In this document: in pieces, positions 51,415 through 62,480 of the stretch
How the letters are laid out: the number at the start of each line of letters is the position of its first letter
How positions within the stretch are numbered: position 1 is the stretch's first letter
NCBI GenBank assembly: GCA_036785375.1
Contig: JAWMAR010000635.1
Span: 682,001 to 746,000 of the forward strand
Reading direction: 5' to 3'
DNA: 64,000 nucleotides
Origin: Leucoraja ocellata
Taxonomy: Eukaryota
The notes under the pieces: generated by a model
What the model saw: only the letters and a program-made list of their open reading frames with translations
Database searches by the model: none
What the model was told of the DNA's origin: nothing
Made by a program: the position numbers and the translations under genes

Positions 51415-51612
51415 GTCGTCATACAGAATGGAAACTTGTCCATGCCATCCAACATGCCCCATCTAAGTTAGTTCCATTTACCAGTGTTTGTCCCATCTCT
51501 CTCAAAACCATTCCTATCCATGTACCTGCCCAATTGTCTTTTAAAAGCTGTTATGGTATCACCTAAGCTGCCTCCTCTGGCAGCTTCTTCCCTATACCCA
51601 CCACACTCTGAG
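51415..51612 (-). mobile_element. CR1 3' fragment
   Basis: gttccattta..ttcctatccatgtacctg..gcctcctctggcagct..ataccca ccacactctg. Confidence 0.7.
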
Positions 51613-52145
51613 GGATATTAAACAAATTGTATGGGAAGTTAATGTTGCTGTACCATTTCCAGGGCTGGATTTCTCTCTGCACTACAGCCCCCAGGCAACC
51701 GTAAACTAGGCCCAAACTAATTATATGCATTTCATGTACCCAACTACAATGCAGTCCAAACTCCTTGATATTCTTTGCTCCATGAACTTTCTTCCAATTA
51801 ACTGTTACACAAAACTGATGATGCTTCCAACTCTTAATTATGATAGCGCTCCAATTATATTCTTGCAAGGGGAGGGCGAACTTGCAATAATGTATCCAGC
51901 TTTACTGGTGCAGAATGTTTCTGTTTTTTAATTTAACATTTTTTGAGCATTTTGAAATGTTTATCATCTGAAACTTAGCAGAACTATTCTATGGTTTATT
52001 TCTTTTAATGCATTTTTCTGGCTTGGGTCAATCACATCAAGATATATAAAAGGCTTCTCTGTTAGAAATTTGTGAAAAGTCTGAGATGAATAAATGTCGC
52101 TTTAGTTGAAATCTAGATATTGAGATTACTCCTTGGGGCTCCATT

Positions 52146-52476
52146 NNNNNNNNNNNNNNNNNNNNNNNNNNNNNNNNNNNNNNNNNNNNNNNNNNNNNNN
52201 NNNNNNNNNNNNNNNNNNNNNNNNNNNNNNNNNNNNNNNNNNNNNNNNNNNNNNNNNNNNNNNNNNNNNNNNNNNNNNNNNNNNNNNNNNNNNNNNNNNN
52301 NNNNNNNNNNNNNNNNNNNNNNNNNNNNNNNNNNNNNNNNNNNNNNNNNNNNNNNNNNNNNNNNNNNNNNNNNNNNNNNNNNNNNNNNNNNNNNNNNNNN
52401 NNNNNNNNNNNNNNNNNNNNNNNNNNNNNNNNNNNNNNNNNNNNNNNNNNNNNNNNNNNNNNNNNNNNNNNNNNNN
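52146..52476. other. Assembly gap (331 N)
   Basis: Run of N. Confidence 1.
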
Positions 52477-53086
52477 TTAAATTCAGACTATTCTTAAAAG
52501 ATTAGGGGGATACAAACACAACATCGGGACATATTTGGCTCTAACCTCCGATCTGCACCTTCGTAAGAAACTCCAGCCAAAGGGGCCACATCACAGTAAT
52601 TAATCCTTTAGATTAATTAACAGTGAGTGCATTGACAGTTGGTACTGGCACGAACAAGCATGGCCAACAGAAAATATAATAAAGCTCCATTTAAAATTAA
52701 AACTGTATATATTTTAAAAAGTGATTACTGGCCGGTAATCTAATCTAGCAATTCAGATGTCTGTTCTAAACCACTCAAACATTTTTCTCGCACTTTATGT
52801 CACCATGTCAAGGCTTCAATCAAATAACTGCCTCGTAATCATTTCCAGGTATCCATTATTCTCCACAAACCTTTCAAAATTGTGTGGTTTTGTGTAATGC
52901 ATTTACAGAATATTATTAAGTTTATAAAATAAGTGGTTGGAGGAAAAAGACGATCAGTTATATAGTCATTATTTTCATCAGGGTTTAGATGTACTCTGAT
53001 GGAAGAACACTAGTCTCATTTAAAATTGTGTTTGGCATAGTCACCAGTCGGTAACACTTGTGGACCTTACATGGACGGACCTTACA

Positions 53087-53262
53087 CTGGATGAGTTTAA
53101 GAGAGAGTTAGATAGAGCTCTAGGGGCTAGCAGAGTCAAGGGATATGGGGAGAAGGCAGGCACAGTTTATTGATAGGGGACGATCAGCCATGATCACAAT
53201 GAATGGCGGTGCTGGCTCGAAGGGCCGAATGGCCTCCTCCTGCACCTATTTTCTATGTTTCT
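53087..53262 (+). mobile_element. CR1 LINE 3' end
   Basis: Same family as 9930-10095; ctatgttt tail. Confidence 0.88.
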
Positions 53263-53519
53263 ACGTACATGGAATAAACAATTTAAGGACAACAGGATCA
53301 CAAAATCCTTAAAAGACATCAAGGGATCTAAATTCATTAGCAGTCTTTTTTTAAACAAGGCTGATAAAAAAATATTGTCCTCCATTTCCCTCCACAACTG
53401 CCATTGGCCTGCTGCATTCCTCCAGCAGTTTGCTTTTTTTTTTGCTCGAGATACCACCATCTGCAGTTTCTTGCCTTCACTAAAGGTAGAATCGGTGATA
53501 TTGGATTTTAAAATGATAC

Positions 53520-53846
53520 GTAGAGCCACATCAGCCAACATGTCCCACCTGTCCGCATTTGGTCCATATCCTTCCAAATCTGTCCTATCCATGTACTGAA
53601 CTGTTTATTAAATGTTGGAATAGTCCCAGCCTCAACTACCTCCTCTGGCAGCTTGTTCCATACATCCACCATCCTTTGTGTGAAAAAGTTGCCGCTCATC
53701 TTCATATTAAATCTTTTCCCCGTCACCTTAAACCTAAGTCCTCGATTCACCTACTTTGGGCAAGCCACATTGTGCATCTACCCAATCTATTCCCCTCATG
53801 ATCATATACACCTCCATAAGATCACCCCTCATCCTCCTACGCTCCA
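53520..53846 (-). mobile_element. CR1 LINE 3' fragment
   Basis: Minus-strand ERRRMRGDLMEVYMIMRGID and GNFFTQRMVDVWNKLPEEVVEAG. Confidence 0.88.
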
Positions 53847-54384
53847 TACGTAGTACAACCCAACTTGAGTGAGAGCTTAAGAACCAGCTTATTGCAAAAG
53901 TTAGCAATGCATTAATCTTATCCATTATATAAATCAAGTAACATTTGTAGTTATCTTCTCCCTATTAGTATTTAATTTATTTAAATATTAGGTACACGGT
54001 AGCTAATGAAATAGTGCTTGCAGTTGGTTATTTAGCTTGTTGCAGCGGATGTGAAAACCTCTTTATACAGGTGACAAACTCGGATGTGACTGCAGGGTCA
54101 CTGGAATAGTAGCTGCTGTGTATTTAGAATTGGTGCTGTTAGATTTTAAATTAGTTTATTCAATTATCATGACAGTTGCAAAAACACATGTTAAACAAAG
54201 CAGGCTCATGATCTATGAAATTACAATATTAACAGACTGGTCCAAACTGCTGGCTGCATTGTATCTGTGCTGCCCCCATTTTCTGATAGCTCTGTTTCCT
54301 GTACCCAGGTGAAAGTTTGTAGAGAACCCCACCATTCAGGGAAGATAGTCTTATGCTGAAATATATAGGTGTCAGGGGTTAGGG

Positions 54385-54830
54385 GTGCAGGAAGATTGTT
54401 CCCGATGTTAGGGAAGTCCAGGACAAGGGGTCACAGCTTAAGGATAAGGGGGAAATCCTTTAAAACCGAGATGAGAAGAACTTTTTTCACACAGAGTGGT
54501 GAATCTCTGGAACTCTCTGCCACAGAGGGTAGTCGAGGCCAGTTCATTGGCTATATTTAAGAGGGAGTTAGATCTGGCCCTTGTGGCTAAGGGGATCAGG
54601 GGGTATGGAGAGAAGGCTGGTACGGGATACTGAGTTGGATGATCAGCCATGATCACATTGAATGGCGGTGCAGGCTCGAAGGGCCGAATGGCCTACTCCT
54701 GCACCTATTTTCTATGTTTCTATGTTATGGGAGAATTGGGTTAAGAGGGAGAGATAGATCAACAATGATTGAATGGCGGAGTAGACGATGGTCTGAATGG
54801 CCTAATTCTGCTCCTTAACTTATGACCTTA
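54385..54830 (+). mobile_element. CR1 LINE 3' end (54385-54727) followed by a second CR1 3' tail
   Basis: RLFPMLGKSRTRGHSLRIRGKSFKTEMRRTFFTQ, then the 3'UTR and tail, then a second gaatggcctaattctgctcct terminus. Confidence 0.88.
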
Positions 54831-55484
54831 TATACGTGCACTTTTTAAGTTTTGGTGCTTGGTGCTATCGCATATCGATCTGTTTCTGTCTTTTAATTAT
54901 GGAGCTACAGAATATTTGACATTCAATGCCGTGAAACTCATCCATGCATGGATATCGCATTATCAGTTCTCCCTGTTTATAACCTCTGCTTTCTTTGCAT
55001 TCCAGCTCACTTTGCAGAACTTCTTACAACTCTTAGTGCTAACAGAATGCCGTGACAATATCTTAACAACTCCTTGTGATGCCCTTTTACTGCCTCAGTT
55101 TCATGATCCCTTCACATTTGTGGTAACCTTTCCCATTTATGGCCAGTTTATTTCTCTTATATTGGGTGTCTGGTAGATTTGTCATGTTGTGCATGCATGA
55201 TTACTTTGTAGTGGTGGAAAGAATGTACTGGGGTTTAAGCATCTTTTGATTTTGCTAATGGCATCATTCCTGGGTGAATGTATCATTCTAAAAATCTTCT
55301 TTGTCCTTAAAAACCTTTCAAAGTTGAAGCTTCTTGTTTCTATATCTTAAAAACAAACTTAACCGGTTTTAAACCTATCTAAAAACATATGCAATAGCAG
55401 CAGGTGAAGTCACCCAGCCCATTTTGACACTGCGTAGAAATTTATCAAGATCGCAGTTGATCCTCTGCCCCCCTCCATTTTCAT

Positions 55485-56480
55485 GCGCTTTCGACATCCT
55501 TCCTGTACTCAGCCTCGTTGTTGTTTGAGATCCTGCCCAAGATCGTGGTATCATCGGAGAATTTGTAAATGGAGTTAGAGCAGAATTTGTCTGAATAGCG
55601 ATTAATGTTTAGAGCAGTGGTTCCCAACCTTTTTTTGGCCATGCCCCACCTAATCACCTCTAAAATCCTGTGGTGATATATAATTCTTATCATTTAAAAA
55701 GTGAACTCCGTTTCAGCTGAAGAAGCTTAAAACGCCAATACCTTGGTTTAAACAAGCTTCAAAAGAACATGGCATCCATGAAAAAGAAAAATGAAATAAA
55801 CAAAAGAGAGTTAATGTTCTGAGCAAGAAATTACTAAAAAATTGTTTAAAAAAAAAGAAAAAAAACATTAGGTGGTATTAAAATTATAATAATGATAAAT
55901 ATGATCATAAAAGAGTATTCACAGGTAATAAAGAGAGCAAAATTTTCTATATTAGAATATTGAAATATTTGTGGATTGTCTCATACGAAAAATGGAAAAT
56001 TTGAACCCAGACCTCCTCAGTCGCGCTCAATTGCCCCCCTTAAAAATCAAATTGCCCCCCTGTGGGGCGTACGCCCCACGTTGGGAACCACTGGTTTAGA
56101 GAGTATTGTAAGTGACTGAGAACACAATGGCACCAGTGTTAGAGAATAATTGTGGAGGATGCTTTGTCATCGATCTTTGCTGATTGTAGCCTATGGATCA
56201 GGAAGTTAAGGATCCAGTTGTGGTGCCGTTGGGGCTGCTGAGTCCTAGGCCCATGTGTTTGGTCAAAATTATGATATTTGAGGCGGAGCTATGGTTCATA
56301 AATAGGAGTCTGAACTGGGTGTTGCTTGTCATCCACATGCTTCAGGAATTGGTATAACGCCAGAGAAATGGCATCTGCCGTTGGCCTGTTGCAGTAGTTG
56401 GTGAATTACAGTGGAGGCTGGAGTTGATGTACACCATGATCAACCTCTCGAGGCACTTCATGATGGTGGATGTCAGAGCC
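55485..56480 (-). mobile_element. Degenerate Rex1/Babar-type LINE RT fragment, interrupted by a hAT MITE
   Basis: KFSDDTTILGRISNNNEAEYRKDVE on one side of the MITE; KCLERLIM, TADAISLAL and NWILNFL on the other. Confidence 0.75.
55615..56093. mobile_element. hAT/Charlie-type MITE
   Basis: CAGTGGTTCCCAAC ... GTTGGGAACCACTG TIRs with a perfect 8-bp TSD GTTTAGAG (55607-14, 56094-101). Confidence 0.95.
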
Positions 56481-58311
56481 ACAGAATGGTAGGGTGGGTT
56501 GGCGGATGTGGGGGAAAGATCAAATATCTCAGTGAATGCTTATGAAACATGAGAAGGCTATTATTACCAAGACACTGATTGACTGCCACAACTACAATGC
56601 GAGTCAGTCACTGCTGTGCAAGGGCCCAGGCACGTACAGTCGCACTCTTCTGCTCTCACGTTCTCTTGTCCTTGCATTCCCTCTTGCTCTTTTCTCCACA
56701 ACAACCCCCCCCTTAGGAAATAGCAGATTAATTTGCATTTTTGTGCATTTCTTCAATTGATTGACTGTCAAGCGTGAATAAACCAATAATCTGACAATGG
56801 TGACTATGCACACTTCCTCCAAGCAGTTAATTGTTGCTGTCGCTGGGAAAATCCAAAATGTAGCTGGATTATTATTTCCGCAATATTACAAAGATTTTAT
56901 TCACATTTTACGTTTTGTTTTCAATGCATTTAATTTAAAACAATTGCAAAGAACAACTTCTTACAGAGGATGGTGAATCTATTGCATTTCTCTGCTCCAG
57001 AGGATTGTAGTTGCTAGAATAGTTGAGGGTAGATAGGAAATTGTTGAAAGATCAATAAGTTGAGTGCTATAGGGATTGGCAGAGAAGGTGAGGCCGGGTG
57101 CAGATAAACCACAAGGGACCCAGTGGCCTAGCCCCGCTCCCTATTTTCTTATATTCTTATCTAATTGAGTTTAAACACTTAGAAAAATTATATCAAATGA
57201 ATGTCCCTTATTTATACAGCTCTGCTGTATAATTTAGATTTACTTAATAAATTGAAGAATGGTTAGGACTATATACAAGAACTAACCATCTAACTGTTTC
57301 TCTTTGTTCTTCGATTAGGTGCCTTTAAGGTGCTTTTTGCAGGGTGCTTCTGATGTCTTCTGTGAGCAGGTAAAATTTTCACACAGTAGACCCTGTGTGT
57401 TTTTGGGAATTATTTCCTAACCTGCTTCTTGGACCTGATTATGCCAGTACTCCAGGTTGTTGAATAGGCTCAGGCAGTTGGGAATATCCTTTCTTTCTCT
57501 TTCCTACCATCAATTAGTGGTAATTGTCTGGTCAAGTGAGAGGCATTTGAGTCCAACAGCAAAAGAAACGGTAACAGCTATGAATGGTGACAGTCTTTTC
57601 TTATTGTGCAAAGTTCACTTGCCTAGCTTATGTATGATAAATTTATGCTCTAATAATGGGCACAATCTTCAATAGAAGAAGTAGGGCTGCAGCACGGCTA
57701 GGTCGTATTTCCACGTCTCTGTCCGGGGTCTGCTATTTATCAACCTATACGTATACACACACAAATTAGTTTGTGCACCGTGGTGTGGCTCGATGAGCAG
57801 CTTCTGTTTGAAGAAGCAGCTGACCTGGTGGAAACACATTCAAACCATGGGTGCTTGCACTCAATGAAGTGTGGAGTCGATACATATGTTTCATTCCCAG
57901 CATCAATGATTCCTCTTCCATTTTGGACTTGCAGGCCCTACATTCATGAGGGAAGACTTGATTAGAGTGGGAGGGAAGTAGGCTGGGAACAAAAGGTATG
58001 CATCACACTGCATACCGACTAGGATCCTGCAAAACTATTGTCAGATTTATTTTTCGGGAATGAGCAGGATGAGGATTATAGTGTGAACATGCATGCAAGG
58101 GATGTGTACCTCGTGAAAACCCAGCTCGCATTCAGCGTGCAGATTCTGTACAAAGAGTCAGAAGTGAGAAGAGTAAAAACTATATATGAAGCCTTTCTCC
58201 GAGTTCACTAGTTTTGTCACTCCTCACAGATACATCTCTCCCCTCCTTTGCTGCAGCTATGGAAAAGCACAAATGCATGCAAAGCAAACACCTGAATCAT
58301 TTAATGAGATG

Positions 58312-58485
58312 TAGTAAGGAATTGCAGATGCTGCTTTACACTGAATATAGACACAAAATGCTGGAGTAACTCAGCGGGTCAGGCACCATCTTTGAAGAAA
58401 AGGAATAGATGTTTTGGGTCAAGACCTTTCTTCAATCTGCTGCCTAACCCACTGAAATTCTCCTGCATTTTGTGTCTATCTTCAT
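58312..58485. mobile_element. PLE-derived repeat, inverted arrangement
   Basis: atagacacaaaatgctggagtaactcagcgggtcaggca ... tgcctaacccactgaaattctcctgcattttgtgtctat. Confidence 0.75.
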
Positions 58486-59071
58486 TTAATGAGGTGGCAG
58501 CCTGAATTTAGCAGGCTGCGTGGGACTACAGGACTATGTGGATGTATTGTTAACCCTACCTCCTATTTGTCTGCTCCAAGACAAATAAATTCTTTCATGA
58601 CAATATCAGTCCTTTTGCATTTAATAAATGTATGTGTCAACTCTCTTTGTGCTTGTAGTTGTTGCATAACTGTTCGAAACTGAGCAGATATGTTTCATGA
58701 CTCCAAAAGGGTTAAAGTGAAGATTGATTCCAGGCAGATTCTAATCCTAATTGCAGTTTAGTCATTTTAAGTTTGTGCATCTCATTCACGTTCAGGAGCT
58801 CTGCCAGCTGAAGACAGTTGAGCATTGACCATAATCGAACTGCAGGGCATTCAGTTTTGTTTTAAAGTGACACAAAGAACAAAGCATCAGTCAGTTTTAT
58901 TATCATCCAGCAATGAGGTTGGTGGCTACTGTAACTATGACCATATTACACAGACATTATGCAAGGTATTCAAATGTCATGGTTACTTCAGGATATTTCT
59001 GTAAGACCGTTCTAACAGTGATCACCATTGCTGCCCTTTGTTGCTGTCAAATAATATTTCAGCAGAGTACC

Positions 59072-59469
59072 TTAGTTTAGCGATACAGTGCGGAAACAGG
59101 CCCTTTGGCCCACTGAGTCCGCGCTGACCAGTGTTNNNNNNNNNNNNNNNNNNNNNNNNNNNNNNNNNNNNNNNNNNNNNNNNNNNNNNNNNNNNNNNNN
59201 NNNNNNNNNNNNNNNNNNNNNNNNNNNNNNNNNNNNNNNNNNNNNNNNNNNNNNNNNNNNNNNNNNNNNNNNNNNNNNNNNNNNNNTTAGCCTACAAATC
59301 TGTACGTCTATGGGGAGTGCGAGGAAACTGGAGCTCCCGGAGAAAACCCACACAGATCCCTTGGGGGGAAAAAGTACAAACTCCGATAAGACAGCACCCG
59401 CAGTTAAGATTGAACCCGGGCCTCTGGCGCTGTAAGGCAGCAACTCTACTGCTGCACCACCGTGCCGTG
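59072..59469 (-). mobile_element. V-SINE spanning an assembly gap
   Basis: ttagtttag tail, ggaaactggagctcccggagaaaacccac V-domain, gattgaacc B-box. Confidence 0.88.
59136..59285. other. Assembly gap (150 N)
   Basis: Run of N. Confidence 1.
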
Positions 59470-60313
59470 TCTGTAAGACATTTCTAACAGTGATCATCAT
59501 TGCTGCCCTTCATTACTGTTCAGCAGAGTATTTCCCACATGATACACTGCCACTCTTCAAAGGAACAAAAACCGCACTTATTTATTAGCCTTCTTGTGCT
59601 TAGTTCAGTTTTGAGATAACTTTGCGGTGTGTTTTATATACTTTCTCTTCATATTTATTGGTATACATCCACAATTAAAGGAGAAGTGAATGCGCAGTGG
59701 AGAAACTTGCTGAGGGACACTGTGGTTTTGGTTTGGACAGTTTGACACATTATATTGAGTTGTTTTCGTCGATGGAAAGAACCCTTTACTCACAGCATCG
59801 TAAATGATAGCACAAAATGATATGTACTTTTGTCACTGCAATTCAGTAAGGAGAAATTATTTTGTTATTTTATAAAGGCATGAAGGATCACAACAATTAA
59901 AAAACAGTTTTCAATTGATTCTCATCGTTGCGCAACCCAGTGTTTCTTCACCACTGTATTTGGCAAACTCTTGAGGCACTTCAGAATCTTGCTGGATTGA
60001 AATTGATAATCACTTGAGTTAGTAAACATGACTTTGGGCAGCATCCCGTCATGAAAGCTTTAACGGGGAAAGTGGTTGGGGGGGGGGAGGATTCCAATCC
60101 GAGATGTCCGTACACAGAGTTGTTTGTGACGGGCGAATGTCGTGTCCCATTTATTGCATTCCCAACATTTCACAAATCAATTCTCCACTTTTTAGTACCC
60201 CAAGTCATATAATCATTCAGTACAGAATAGTACACGATCCTTCATGCCCCTGCTGATCAATAAGCCCTGTCTTTACACATCACATTTACCAAGGCAACTA
60301 TGTCTAAGTAATT

Positions 60314-60496
60314 AAGAAGGAACTGCAGATGCTGGAGAATCGAAGGTTACACAAAAAAGCTGGAGAAACCCAGCGGGTGCAGCAGCATCTATGGAGCGAA
60401 GGAAATAGGCAAAGTTTCGGCCCGAAACGTTGCCTATTTCCTTCGCTCCATAGATGCTGCTGCATCCGCTGAGTTTCTCCAGCTTTTTTGTGTAAT
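60314..60496. mobile_element. Young PLE-derived insertion forming a near-perfect palindrome with a 16-bp TSD
   Basis: Inverted arms 60347-60420 and 60422-60495; ctatgtctaagtaatt at 60298-60313 and 60497-60512. Confidence 0.9.
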
Positions 60497-60826
60497 CTAT
60501 GTCTAAGTAATTCATGTGCTCTCCCACAAGCTTAAGCATTGTGTGCATACCTACCTCCATCACCTTCTCCTGCAATGCATTACAGATTGCAATCAACTGC
60601 TGAATGACAAAAACATATTCCTTTGTTCTACTGCAAACCTTTGACTCCTCACCTTAAACCTATGTCTTCTGGTCTTCAACATCTGTACCATCTTATCATC
60701 AACCCAATCTACACATCTCATAGTTTTGTAGAACTCCATCAGAGGGTGAGAGGGACTTGCAGGATTTTTTTTTGCTGGGAACTGACTGGATCTGAGGGGC
60801 CAAAAAACATTCTGGTTTATAGTCGG

Positions 60827-61269
60827 GCAACCTACAGAGATAGGTTGAATAAGTCAGGTCTTTATTCTCTGGAGCGCAGAAGTTTAAGGGGGGACCTGAT
60901 AGAGTATTAAAATGATGAGAGGGATAGACAGAGTTGATGTGGACAAGCTTTTCCCTTTGAGAATAGGGAAGATTCAAACAAGAGGACATGACTTCAGAAT
61001 TAAGGGACAGAAGTTTAGGGGTAATATGAGGGGGAACTTCTTTACGCAGAGAGTGGTAGCGGTGTGGAATGAGCTCCCAGTGGAAGTGGTGGAGGCAGGT
61101 TCATTGGTATCATTTAAAAATAAATTGGATAGGCATATGGATGAGAAGGGAATGGAGGGTTATGGTATGAGTGCAGGCAGGTGGGACTAAGGGGAAAAAA
61201 ATTTGTTCGGCACGGACTTGTAGGGCCGAGATGGCCTGTTTCCGTGCTATAATTGTTATATGGTTATAT
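60827..61269 (+). mobile_element. Young CR1 LINE 3' end, same family as 44193-45130
   Basis: GLYSLERRSLRGDLIE / MMRGIDRVDVDKLFPLR..RGNFFTQRVVAVWNELP..GRWD*, with a gttatatggttatat tail. Confidence 0.93.
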
Positions 61270-61289
61270 TAAATACAGTGCAACTTGGA

Positions 61290-62480
61290 GGGGAGTGGCC
61301 TCATGCTCTTTCTTCAACATTATTCGGGGTCATAAAGATTGCATGTTTGTGAGGTCGCTTTAAGATTAGCCTGGTGAATACCTGCAGTGCATTCTGTAGA
61401 GGGTACCCACTGAAGTTCCTGTGCATCGCAGATGGTGGACTGTTCGCCGTGTTGTTTAAGACCCTAGCCAAGTGCAGTGCTTTGGTGTGAATGGTGCTGA
61501 GTTTCTTGAGCGTTGTTGGAGCAGGTAGAGGATATTCCATCATGCTCCTGAATTATGTCATGTAGGCGGGGGAAAGGTGTTGTACGGTTAGGAAGTGACT
61601 CATTCACCACAGGATACATAGGCAATGACCTGTTATGATATTCATTGTAATTATTTGGCCCAGCCAGATTATTGAAGCTTGCTGCATTGATGACAGTGTC
61701 ATAAGTAATGGTAAAGGGCCTGTCCCACTGTATGAGGTAATTCATGAGTTCTGCCGAGTTTCCCCTGATTTGAACTCGGAGAATTACGGTAATCGCCACT
61801 CGTAGGTACTCTGGGCTCTCGTGGACATTTTTCAACGTTGAAAAATCTTCACGAGCTTACCGCGTTTCCCGAGTACCTGCCATTAGCGTTACAAGCATCC
61901 CGAGCTCCGACGTACCCACAACATACATTCTACGTACTTACCACGAGTTTGATTTTTTTTTTTAAACTCGGGAGAGCTCTTGAATTACCTCATACAGTGG
62001 GACAGGCCCTTAAAGCTATTGGATGTTATGATCGCTAGAGGTGGTTATTGCCTGCAGTTCTGTGTGTGACTGGTGCTTGTCACATATCAGCCCAAAGCTG
62101 AACGTTATCAGGATGTTGCTATTTACAGGATTGTGCTGCTGCATTTGCTGATGTTTTGCAAGTGGAATTGAACATGGTGAACTCAATAGAAAGGAAAGGG
62201 GTGGAACATTTTGCCTTTGGCAGGGTGCTGGAAAGGTGTGCTTGGGTTTAGGAATGGGCTGATGATGGCAACTGGTGATGAAGTAAGTGTCGGTAACACT
62301 GGGATGAAGACAAAATACACATAATATCGTTTTGTAATGGATGAAGTTGATTGGTGCCAAGTGATCACCTCCAGTTTAAATTCCATTTGGAATATTTTTG
62401 GAGGGCCAAGAACCCAGAATTACCATGAGGATTTATGTATCGTCTTCTGGCTAGTTTTAGGACCTTCTACACTCAATGGC
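61290..62480 (-). mobile_element. Old degenerate CR1/L2-group LINE fragment hosting a MITE
   Basis: Minus-strand MEY..APTTLKKLSTI..KA resembles a CR1-group ORF2 C-terminus; boundaries are approximate. Confidence 0.5.
61715..62010. mobile_element. PIF/Harbinger-type MITE
   Basis: TAA|AGGGCCTGTCCCACTGTATGAGGTAATTCA ... TGAATTACCTCATACAGTGGGACAGGCCCT|TAA. Confidence 0.92.

Noticed and set aside
52120-52497. ORFs of X residues (also 59072-59500)
   Set aside because: Artefacts of N gaps.
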